From: Cyanidioschyzon merolae
Lineage: Eukaryota
Assembly (NCBI GenBank): GCA_000091205.1
Contig: AP006491.2
DNA: 64,000 nucleotides
Strand: one strand, 5' to 3'
Both the position numbers and the translations under genes were made by a program. The notes beneath the pieces were generated by a model. It did not search any database. It worked only from the letters and a program-made list of their open reading frames with translations, and was not told where the DNA came from. Of the stretch, positions 55,432 to 64,000 are shown piece by piece (position 1 is the first letter of the stretch; each line of letters starts with the position of its first letter).

Positions 55432-58400
55432 TCAGAACTCAATCAAGTCGCGTTCCGCCTGAGCCGGCCGCGAGTTCGACTCGGTTGCGGCCAGCGATTC
55501 GTTGTTGGTCTCTCGTCCGAAACCGTCAGACACCAAGGCATCATCGAAGCGAGCCCAGTCTTCGGCAAGCGGGTCGGCAACGGCATCAGACGCATCGGCA
55601 TTCCAGGTTGGACGCAAGGCCGCAGAGTGACTGGCGTCGGCGGCAGCGGCCTTGCCCCCAGCCGTACGATCGCACTCAACCGACGAAACGCCCGAATGTC
55701 GCTGCTCTAATGTAGTTTGTTGCAGCAAATACTCCAGTGGAACTGCCGATGGGACCGCATGCTCCGTAACACTCCCCTGTGTTGGTCCAGCGGACGCGCC
55801 CGCTGACGCTGGCATCGAGAAGGTCCTCTCGGCGGCAACGCCTGGATCGTATCCAGCACCAGCACCAGCACCAGCACCAGCGCCTGCACCAGCTCCGCTA
55901 GCGTCAACATCGTCGCCCAGCACGGAAGCGCGGTCCGCTGTGGTGTAACTCGTCATCGAAAAGCGGGGTCCGCCAAACTTGGCAGTGCTCTCACGGCGCT
56001 CGCCACGAACCCAGTCCGCGAGCGTACCAACCAGACGCTTCACACGGCGTTTCTGTGAACGTCTCACCGCAGCGCTGCCAACAGGAAGCGCCAGACTCGG
56101 ATCCAAGGAGTCACCAGTAGATGAGCCACGTGCTGTGCTGTGCGCCCGCAGCGTCGCCTTCTCTGCTGCAGCGAGCGCAGATCGCGTCGTTTCACTCATG
56201 CCGGCAGAGAAGGGTCCCCAGGCAGCTTCGGGGATTTGCTGGAGCTGGGCAAAGCCAGCGAGGCGCCCAACCAGCTGTCCACTGCGAAATAGCGGCACCT
56301 GAAATGGATGCCGCTCCGCCAGCCCGCGCGCTGAGAGCACCAACGAGCCAGCGACCTGGTCGTCACCGACCGGTGACATCATCATCAACTGTGCGTAAAT
56401 GAGCTGCTCCTGAATTTCCGCAAGCTCGCTGGGCAGGTACGGCAGTGCAAATCGCCCTGTCCAACGCGGGGCACGATTCATCACCGGACCGGAGAGCGGC
56501 GTGCTAAAGATATCCGCTAGAATATCACCGGAAAAGCTCAGATAATACTGCAGCGGGGTATCTGCATGGTGGAGTTGTTGAGCGCTGCCAGCCGCTCCAG
56601 TCGCCATCACCACCGGTAACTGATGAAGCACCGCCTGTAACGAGTCCAGCACCAAACTGACCCGCACCGGGTGCAGGGGTATCTGGGGTCCAATGCGCGC
56701 TGCGTCGATGTACTCGTCAACCGCAACCGCAATATCCTGTGCTTCAATGCGTCCAGAAGCTGCCAAGCCGGAACTCTGACGTGCTCGATGAGGCGCGTTA
56801 CACGCCAAAACGGATCGTTGGTCGATCACCGTATACTCGGAGCTCGCGGTGGTCACATGAACTGCCCGTGCCGCAGCGCCCAGCATCGCGAGGCCGCTCA
56901 GGTCGCCCAGTGCCCCAGCAGCGTACCAGTAGTCCCACTGGAGCAGCGTATCCCGATCGGAGCGCCCGAGCTGGAGCGACTGCAGCGCCGGGAGCAACTC
57001 GCCGCGTCCACGCAAGCGACCTCCGACGAAACATACACTGGTGCCGTAGAGACGCAGACCAATCGCCACAAGGCCGCTCGGACCGTGCTCCGCGGCTACC
57101 GAGGACTCACTGACTTCGGCTACGGTGTCGGCGGCGTCGATGCGCACCAGCACGGCAAGTGCAGCGCCACCGCGCGGCAACGCTCTCGCCGCCGCACATC
57201 GGTACAGGCCGTGCGCCTCGATGTCCAGGGGTAGAGCGGCGAGCCCGAACCTCCTGCCCGAGGCACCAGAATCCGGGAGTACCAGCGCAATCACGGTTGG
57301 TGGCTGGTCGGCCGGGCCCGGCAAGCCCCAGTCTGCAGCCGTTGCAGGCCAGGTAGGCTTGCTGGCACTCGCAACTCGGATCTGAATTCGAAATGCCCCC
57401 GCTGGAGCATGCGGAAGCAACGATGCCGGCACCATGAGTCCGTAGTTGCCCGCCCAGGTGAGCAGTGCACGCAGGAAAACCTCTCGCAGGGCCGGGTGAG
57501 GAAACACGAGGTCCAGCGGCATCGGCTGCTGTTCACCGCGGAAGCGGAGACGCAACCGATATCGCCCTCGATGCTGTTCGGTGCGCTCGTACTGCACCAG
57601 GCTCTGGCGTGGATAACTGTACTCGATGTGCTCAGGGGTCCGAACGACGAGGTCTCGGTCTCGGAGCAGCACCATGACATGGACACGCTCGCCGCTTCCG
57701 GTGAGCCACTGCTGCTGGTCGAACATTGTCCAGACCGAATCGGAAGCAGCGCCAGTGCCGGCGTCTGGAAGCGGTACCCCAGAGGCGTCTGCGTCGCGAG
57801 CCACAGTCGCGTATCCTAGCATGAGGTCATAGGCGTCTTGGCGATCGTCATCGACAAAATGCTTATTGAAAATGCGCACTGCCGACTTGAGGCCATCCTG
57901 CAGGAGGCCCTTGGTGGAGCGTTTCCCACTACGTGCAATATCCGCCTTCATGGCTGCAGTGCCGGCGTACTGGTAGGAAAGCGCGTCTGCGTTATTGCCC
58001 CAGAGGCGCACGAACGTCGACTCACCGTCCGGGGAGAGCTGGATTGACCGCTGCGCTCGTCCGGTCGCGTCAGGGGATGGTCTGCTCGTGCTCGTGTCCC
58101 GCAAAATGAGGGCCAGCTGCTGCTGCAAAACCTGTTTCGCGAGTATACTCTGAACGACACCAGTTCGATCCAAACAATCCACACAATTGACTCGGAAAAT
58201 GCCAGTCTGCAGCTGTCGCGCATCCAAGAGAAAGCCGTACGCGTCCAGATCGTTCAGGAGGCGACTCAATAGCGCACAGATGCCGCGCTCGTACTCCTTC
58301 CCACTACAGTGACGATGAAAGTCGAACTCGACAAACCGAGGTGCCCAGCTGGGTCGAGCATCAGTGCCGCGACTCGCGGCCAACTCTACCTGTTGGGCGT

Positions 58401-59493
58401 ACGCTCGTGCCAGGGTCGACTCGGAGCCTTCGCTGTTCACGAGCGATACCGCAGTGCATCGTCCGTAGGAGCGGCTGAGATTCTTGAAGTGCTGCGTGAA
58501 CGCAGCCTGCGACTGCAACAGGGGAGCATCGAGCTCCGGCGCTGGTCGAAGTGCTCCCTTGGTTTGTCGCCAGAAGACGGGTATCGAACCTCGGAGCGTG
58601 ACAAACGAGGTACAGCGATGTTCATGGAAGACAATCTGTTCGGTTTCAACAAAATTCGCGACATGCCCGGACTGGTCGATCCCCCGAGAGTGGTAACGCG
58701 TGCCGGCACGCTTTCGACTCTTCCGGCTCACGACGGTGACGTAGACGCGCTCGATCCCGCCGAGGCCGTTCGCCATAGCAGAGCTGTAAATAGGGAGTTC
58801 GACGGTACCGACGTATCCCATGATCGCACGAACTGCCCAGGTGCTTGCAACCGGGCCCAGTGCTTCCACCATGGGCTTGTTCCACCAGAAGCTGGAGCCA
58901 CTGGCTCCAGTGAGCTGCTTCTGCTGCGTGCGCACCAGGTCAGCCTCGTAGCTGAAGAAGAGGAAACCCGACTCGAGCATCTTCAGCATCGAAACAGATA
59001 CGTCACGATCCGTCTTCACTGCTGGCTGTGGATGTAGTTTCACCAGTCGCACGCGGCTGGCAGTGTAGACCGGCGCTAGTCGATAGCTTGCCGAGGCTCG
59101 CGTCGACGCTTCGTTGCCTGGCGGTGAACTCGTCACTGGCAACGGGACAGAGCCAGCGCGCTTCACTTCGGTTACGGTGACCAAGTATGGACCTGAACTC
59201 AAGAAAGTGGCACCTAGAAGCGCTGCCGCAGCGTCAATACCGAGCACCTCTCGGGCGTTGTAGGCACTGGCCGGCGCCGGCAGCAGGTACGGCTCTGCGT
59301 GGAACGGGAGCGCCAGCTGTGGACCCGCCGTTCTCTCAAAACTCGCACTGTTTGCTGCGTCTATGACAGCATTTGGTGATGCTGCAGGATCCGGTGCCCA
59401 GCGAGAGCAATCCTGAAGCACGAGTCCGGTGGGCAGATGAATGACGCGCAACGCTCGAGGTGGCGGTGCTTCTGCTGGGCGCGCTGTTGCCAT
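55432..59493 (-). CDS. SAC-domain phosphoinositide phosphatase-like protein with long C-terminal extension
   Basis: The SAC catalytic CX5R(T/S) motif is within RVNCVDCLDRTGVVQSILAKQ. The preceding SAC-domain blocks are present (RYHSRGIDQSGHVANFVETEQI; TLRGSIPVFWRQ). A (CACCAG)n repeat encodes GAGAGAGAGAGAG in the C-terminal part. The track start at 59508 is GTG; the ATG at 59493 gives MATARPAEAPPP. Confidence 0.8.
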   Translation of the reverse strand: MATARPAEAPPPRALRVIHLPTGLVLQDCSRWAPDPAASPNAVIDAANSASFERTAGPQLALPFHAEPYLLPAPASAYNAREVLGIDAAAALLGATFLSSGPYLVTVTEVKRAGSVPLPVTSSPPGNEASTRASASYRLAPVYTASRVRLVKLHPQPAVKTDRDVSVSMLKMLESGFLFFSYEADLVRTQQKQLTGASGSSFWWNKPMVEALGPVASTWAVRAIMGYVGTVELPIYSSAMANGLGGIERVYVTVVSRKSRKRAGTRYHSRGIDQSGHVANFVETEQIVFHEHRCTSFVTLRGSIPVFWRQTKGALRPAPELDAPLLQSQAAFTQHFKNLSRSYGRCTAVSLVNSEGSESTLARAYAQQVELAASRGTDARPSWAPRFVEFDFHRHCSGKEYERGICALLSRLLNDLDAYGFLLDARQLQTGIFRVNCVDCLDRTGVVQSILAKQVLQQQLALILRDTSTSRPSPDATGRAQRSIQLSPDGESTFVRLWGNNADALSYQYAGTAAMKADIARSGKRSTKGLLQDGLKSAVRIFNKHFVDDDRQDAYDLMLGYATVARDADASGVPLPDAGTGAASDSVWTMFDQQQWLTGSGERVHVMVLLRDRDLVVRTPEHIEYSYPRQSLVQYERTEQHRGRYRLRLRFRGEQQPMPLDLVFPHPALREVFLRALLTWAGNYGLMVPASLLPHAPAGAFRIQIRVASASKPTWPATAADWGLPGPADQPPTVIALVLPDSGASGRRFGLAALPLDIEAHGLYRCAAARALPRGGAALAVLVRIDAADTVAEVSESSVAAEHGPSGLVAIGLRLYGTSVCFVGGRLRGRGELLPALQSLQLGRSDRDTLLQWDYWYAAGALGDLSGLAMLGAAARAVHVTTASSEYTVIDQRSVLACNAPHRARQSSGLAASGRIEAQDIAVAVDEYIDAARIGPQIPLHPVRVSLVLDSLQAVLHQLPVVMATGAAGSAQQLHHADTPLQYYLSFSGDILADIFSTPLSGPVMNRAPRWTGRFALPYLPSELAEIQEQLIYAQLMMMSPVGDDQVAGSLVLSARGLAERHPFQVPLFRSGQLVGRLAGFAQLQQIPEAAWGPFSAGMSETTRSALAAAEKATLRAHSTARGSSTGDSLDPSLALPVGSAAVRRSQKRRVKRLVGTLADWVRGERRESTAKFGGPRFSMTSYTTADRASVLGDDVDASGAGAGAGAGAGAGAGYDPGVAAERTFSMPASAGASAGPTQGSVTEHAVPSAVPLEYLLQQTTLEQRHSGVSSVECDRTAGGKAAAADASHSAALRPTWNADASDAVADPLAEDWARFDDALVSDGFGRETNNESLAATESNSRPAQAERDLIEF

Positions 59494-60050
59494 GTTGCTA
59501 ACCGGCACCAGGCTTGGGCCTATGCTTCGGATGTTCCGAACCCGAAAGCAACCTGTGCGCGATGTGGCACACAGTTGCCACGAACTCCGCCGCAGCAGCG
59601 GTACTGTTGCTGGAAACGCAACGTTCCGGGCGCTCCGCAGCCGCTCCGCCCGAAAAAGCGCCTGTCGCGAAGCGGCCTGGGCGGGACACGGGGGCAGCGT
59701 TTGATGTTCATTATTGTCTCATTTAATGCTGGTGGTGCATGGGGCGCGCTCCTCTGGAAACGTTCCCCCTACGTTTGTCCACTGGACGGTGTCGTTTCAT
59801 GGGGTACCAAGTTGCTTCGCAAGTTGCTCGGCGTACAAGTATGCCCCTGGTGCGTGGATGCATTGCTTGAGGCGTTGACAGGAATCGAACAGAATCGAAT
59901 CCTGCACTCAGTGTACGCTCCCGTCGACGGAGCGGGCGTGCACCCCTGGCGCTGCAGCTCGTCTGGCGTCGTCATCTACCAGCGAACGACGCGTCTTGCA
60001 GAACAGTTGCTTTCGCAACTCCTTTGGACAAGTTCGACGACGCACAAATC

Positions 60051-60692
60051 TTACCGCTGCACAAGCGATACAGGTGGCGAACGCTGCCCAGTCTCGTGGA
60101 ATCGATGGAAAGCGCGTTTGCATATGCTATATGGACGCGCACGTAGGCTCAGCATGAAGCGTACAGAGCGTTGTCCTCTGCTCAACACGGCTCTCAGCGC
60201 GTTCACGCGAGTCCCGATACCGTTACGCCCCTTGTTGGCATGCCTGCTGGTGTCCGTCATTTCGGATTGCCGTTCAGACGGAGCGATGGAAACGTTGTGC
60301 AGCTTCATCTGCTTCCCGTTCAGGTCTTTGGCGGTATCACCGTGATCTAGGGATTCGACAAGCGCCATGACGCGGTTCAACCGCAGATCCACGCGTACCA
60401 GAAGGTGTTTCTCTTCGTCTGCGTTGAACAGTTTGCATTGAGTCTCGGTGCTCGACACGGAATCAATTTTTACGAAATGAATGCAGATTGAGATTCCATC
60501 GAACGCCATCATCCCGGTCCATTGCTTTCCATTTTCTCCGAGTAAACCAGAAACCTTGGAGGAGCTCTGCCTGTGCTCTTCTCGAAGGTTTTCAAATACG
60601 TCGTAGTTGCTCGCTGAGACGGGCTCCTTCTTCGCCTTGTCTTCGATTTGGCGCGGTTGCATACACGCATGCATGCGCTCGCTATACTCCAT
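60051..60692 (-). CDS. hypothetical protein (possible small beta-sandwich/PH-like domain)
   Basis: First ATG of ORF 60051..60782. The segment KQWTGMMAFDGISICIHFVKIDSVSSTETQCKLFNADEEKHLLVRVDLRLNRVMALVESLD looks like a structured domain. Local GC is lower than in neighbouring genes. The family is unassigned. Confidence 0.3.
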   Translation of the reverse strand: MEYSERMHACMQPRQIEDKAKKEPVSASNYDVFENLREEHRQSSSKVSGLLGENGKQWTGMMAFDGISICIHFVKIDSVSSTETQCKLFNADEEKHLLVRVDLRLNRVMALVESLDHGDTAKDLNGKQMKLHNVSIAPSERQSEMTDTSRHANKGRNGIGTRVNALRAVLSRGQRSVRFMLSLRARPYSICKRAFHRFHETGQRSPPVSLVQR

Positions 60693-63014
60693 GTATGTTT
60701 GTATCGCTTGGCATGCAGAGGCACTGGATGACGGACGGTGCTGAAACGCGCATGTTCTGTCTATTGATCGACGATTCCTCAAGAATCCTGGTCATCTTCT
60801 CTGTCGCAAGCACGCCCACACATCAAAGCGCCTTTGCACGCGCTTTTCCACGCACGAGCAGAGAAACAACAGCGTAGTTCAGGGCTGCTGTATGTACTAA
60901 AGCACAGTTTGTCAAAGCACGATTTACAGACACACGGGATCGTGGATGCGAACGACTCTTCTATTGATCGGGCAGCGCGACCGTGGCGTTTTCCAACCCG
61001 ATACGACGCCACTGACTGTATGCAAACAGGGAGAAAATCGGCCAGCGTAACCAGGAACGCAACGCCGATCTCAGCTGCAAACTCCTTCACCGCGTTTGAT
61101 CGATGGAAAGCGACGTCATTGAAGAGCACCACATAAGAATTCGGGAAAGCGAAGCCAAGAAAAGTGCTTGGATGAAAAACGTGGTGTGAAACGAGCCTGT
61201 CCTTGTTGGCGATTCGCAGGCGACCAAACGATAGCATTGCGGCTTCAGTTCATGGTATCGGCGTGCTCGCACGTCTCCTCTTTGCGGAGAGCGGTTTGTC
61301 GCTCTTGGAGTGCCCACACACAGGTTTATGATTTTTCCGAATTCAATCTCATCGACTAAGACGGACATCTGTCCACCGTTGTTAAGGGCGCTCGGGTTTC
61401 CATACGTCGTCGATATTCTGTTGTTCGACGCGCGTCACTCTATCATAGAGATGATCGTTTCCCTTCATATATCCGTATCTTTTCGTTGCCGCTCGAATCA
61501 ACTGTGCGAAAAAGTCCTAACCCGGGGGTTGTCTCATGGTATTCCTTAGAACACGTGTTGTGTGGAATATGTTGACGAGGAAACAGTCGTGCGGATAGCG
61601 TTTAAAAAACGTTGTTTTTCGTCTGCGTGCTGTTCAGGACAATACACAACAGACAGTTGGATACTCTACCTGTACAAGTAAGACTGTTGTTCCGAAATCT
61701 AGCAGAGACAGCATCGAGTCTCCATGCAATTGTTCTCCTATCAACATGATGCGATCGTTTTTTGTTTCATATCTGCGAGAAAAACAAACGACAGTGCAGG
61801 TTGGAACGAGTATGCCGCAACGCACCGCTCTGCATGTAACGCACTTGCTGTCCATCCATGTAGAGTCTCGTGCGTTTTCACGATGTGTAAGGGACTGGAG
61901 GCCTCCGCACCAACTCCACATTGCTCTACAGGTTCGCTTTTGTTTTCGCAACATCCAGAATGAGAATCCAGAGCACTTGGTTCACTTTTCTTTGTTGGTC
62001 CATCATAAAACATAACCCGAACGCTGAAGCCCCAGCGCCACGACTGTAAAGCGGCTAACCAGAGGTCATCCCGCAAACGAAAGCGATGGTGCCCGACGCC
62101 GACGCCAGCGATGGATCGTCTTCGAGTCTCGGGCTCAGCGCACGTCGAGTGTTTCAGCGGGCTGCAGAGCACACGCAAGAACGTAAAGCAGTATTTTCGG
62201 GTTAGCGCATCGAGCGGTCTGGCGTGATATACCCAGAAACGACACCCACACCCAGACGCCTTCCAGGGAAGCACCGCATACAATGATCCCGCCGAACGAC
62301 ACGATGCAGGTGCTGTCGTCGACCTTGGTCCTTGCTCACTGTTTTCCAATCAGCACTTTGTGCGACATGTCGCGTTTTATCGGGGACTAGGGAATCAGAG
62401 GCGCCAAGCTGCTGAGCTAGTCGCTGTTCGGAAAGAGGAACAGCTCCAGGTAGCGTCGTCTGCTGCGCGTGACGCGCCCGCGCTCGGCCTGCTGCTGGGA
62501 ACAAGAGCCCTTGGCAGGTCGCGGAAAGCGTCCAAGTCCCTATTAGCACAGGCGTGAGCACAGCACACGCGAATGCATTGCCTCACGGAAAATACTGCCG
62601 TCCGACAGGTTCCCGGGTGCTGTCCTGTTGCTATACTGTCCATGCTGAAAGCCCCGCGGTGCCGTTCATGATGCTGCACACAGCCGACTATGACGATACC
62701 GAGCCAGGAAGCGTTGTCGTCGTCGTTGTCGTTGTCGTCTCCTGGGCACACTCGAGGTGCGCTGGTATACATCGCGCAGTTGCCAGCGTCATGGACTGAG
62801 CGTTACTGTCGCCACACAGGGTGCTCGCGACGGGCCTTGTATCTGAAAACATGAATGATTGGGGTTCGCGGGGGCCAGCGGCTACCAGCAGGAGCGCATT
62901 CTACATAGCTTCTCGACCTGAGCGATTCGATATACGGCACGTATCCGCGGCATGACTCGAGTGCCGGAGTTGCTGCCATTCACCTGGTTTTCATGAGCTA
63001 GAGGTGCGGCTACA

Positions 63015-63983
63015 TTACGCGCTGCGCATTGCCTCGGTCGCAACGGGTGTTTGCCGGGCCCCAGTTCGGACCACGAGACGACCATCTGCAGAGAGGGAGG
63101 CCAGCATGGCGTTTCGCGCAGCATCGTGCCATGCAAGCGCCACAATAAGGTCATCGTGGTCTCGAGCGCTCTCTTCAAATGTAAAACCTTCGCAAAAGAT
63201 CGTCGGGGCATCGTTGTCGCTGCGCACCTGATCGCCATCAACAGCGCCTGTCCTGTCTAATGATGAAATGGACGGCGTTGCTGCTGACACGGCTGTCTGT
63301 AGACGGCCTCGCCAAGTAGAGACCACTGGCTCTTCATTCGCACCGTACGCAGCAACCGCTACGCGTATGCTCGAATCTAACGCTTCTAGTGCGATTGCAG
63401 AGGCAAAGACGCTCCATGGTGCGCGATCACCAACGGCAGAACCAGCGAGCTGCTGAACTTGGCCTCGGAGGAGATCCAAAAACAGCAGGACGCCATCGTC
63501 CGTGGAGGCAACAATGCCCCCGGACTGCTGCGGCATGCGTGCGGCTGCCAGCACAGTGCTGCTCAAGCCGTGTGGAGTCGTCGACTGCAACGCATGGAGT
63601 CGCAGGGCCTCGTTGTCGGTATCGCACGGGAGGAGCTCGTAGGCTCTCTGGGCCAGGGACCCACATTCCGCGGCTTTCTTTCGTGATGATGTCGAGGAAG
63701 CAGCATGGAGCTCGAACTGGCCGGCGATCGACTGTTGTCTGCGGTCAAACAGTAGCAGCGCGCCGCTGGTGTGTGCAGCGAACACCAGCCCAGGCGCTTG
63801 CTCGTCGACAAAGCAGGCGCAGGTCCAGTGTAATGCGGCAAGCTGGTGTCGGCCCGTATAGATCATTCTAGGGATATGTGGTACGCTCCAGACACACTGG
63901 GTCTGCAGGGTGTTTGCGTCGAGTAGTTGTAGCGTGTGTGCCAGGCCTAGCACGACGCTTTCGCCGGTGAGCGCCACATCCAT
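63015..63983 (-). CDS. hypothetical protein, WD-repeat/beta-propeller-like; may extend past the window end
   Basis: ATG at 63983, but the frame stays open to nt 64000. There are repeated hydrophobic-strand/turn patterns (VWSVPHIPRMIYTGRHQLAALHW; VFAAHTSGALLLFD; GGIVASTDDGVLLFLD). The family call is weak. Confidence 0.35.
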   Translation of the reverse strand: MDVALTGESVVLGLAHTLQLLDANTLQTQCVWSVPHIPRMIYTGRHQLAALHWTCACFVDEQAPGLVFAAHTSGALLLFDRRQQSIAGQFELHAASSTSSRKKAAECGSLAQRAYELLPCDTDNEALRLHALQSTTPHGLSSTVLAAARMPQQSGGIVASTDDGVLLFLDLLRGQVQQLAGSAVGDRAPWSVFASAIALEALDSSIRVAVAAYGANEEPVVSTWRGRLQTAVSAATPSISSLDRTGAVDGDQVRSDNDAPTIFCEGFTFEESARDHDDLIVALAWHDAARNAMLASLSADGRLVVRTGARQTPVATEAMRSA

Positions 63984-64000
63984 CGCTTGAAGCGTTTCCG

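Noticed and set aside
59437-60345. 302-aa plus-strand Cys-rich ORF overlapping the SAC-domain gene start
   Set aside because: It overlaps a well-supported CDS on the opposite strand, has odd composition and no motifs, so it is likely spurious.
1-64000. Reading the window as a bacterial high-GC genome with operons
   Set aside because: The gene families are eukaryote-specific (importin-beta, Rer1, Vta1, NDUFA6, Pcc1, SAC phosphatase), proteins carry polyQ and low-complexity inserts, intergenic spacers are long, and I found no RBS or operon organisation.

Overview
This 64 kb window is GC-rich and looks like nuclear DNA from an intron-poor photosynthetic eukaryote (an alga-like genome). It has long uninterrupted ORFs on both strands (about one gene per 3-3.5 kb) encoding typical eukaryotic families. 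These are an importin-5/Kap121-like karyopherin, Rer1, Vta1/LIP5, NDUFA6 (LYR), a Pcc1/LAGE3 KEOPS subunit, a SAC-domain phosphoinositide phosphatase, ABCF, a MATE transporter and PCMT. Plastid and photosynthesis-associated genes are also present: MGDG synthase, an alpha carbonic anhydrase, a PDH E2-like acyltransferase and a bacterial-type topoisomerase IA. Many ORF-track start codons are GTG/TTG artefacts, so I moved starts to the first plausible ATG and say so in each entry.

The most interesting content is a family of four same-orientation copies of a TnpB/Fanzor-like transposable element (IS200/IS605 OrfB-type RuvC nuclease). There is one long copy of about 2.3 kb at 37351-39610, with a recognisable RuvC-I motif (GADPG), a TSK/Zn-region and a RuvC-III motif (NRDCNAAINI), but split over several frames. 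There are three copies of about 0.53 kb (25272-25800, 35583-36100, 42965-43497) that keep only the 3' roughly 400 bp, including the RuvC-III coding region, plus the 5' terminal roughly 130 bp. This is the pattern expected of non-autonomous derivatives that keep the terminal (omegaRNA/RE-like) sequences. All copies lack terminal inverted repeats and sit within about 10 bp of host gene stop codons or within about 0.1 kb of their start codons (Rer1/ABCF, Vta1, carbonic anhydrase/MGD).

Other notable features are a 61-bp x 9 minisatellite, CAG/CTG and other trinucleotide expansions that add polyQ, polyD and GA tracts inside conserved genes, and an E2-like acyltransferase whose catalytic DHRxxDG motif is replaced (E3BP-like). 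No rRNA, tRNA or CRISPR arrays could be supported.
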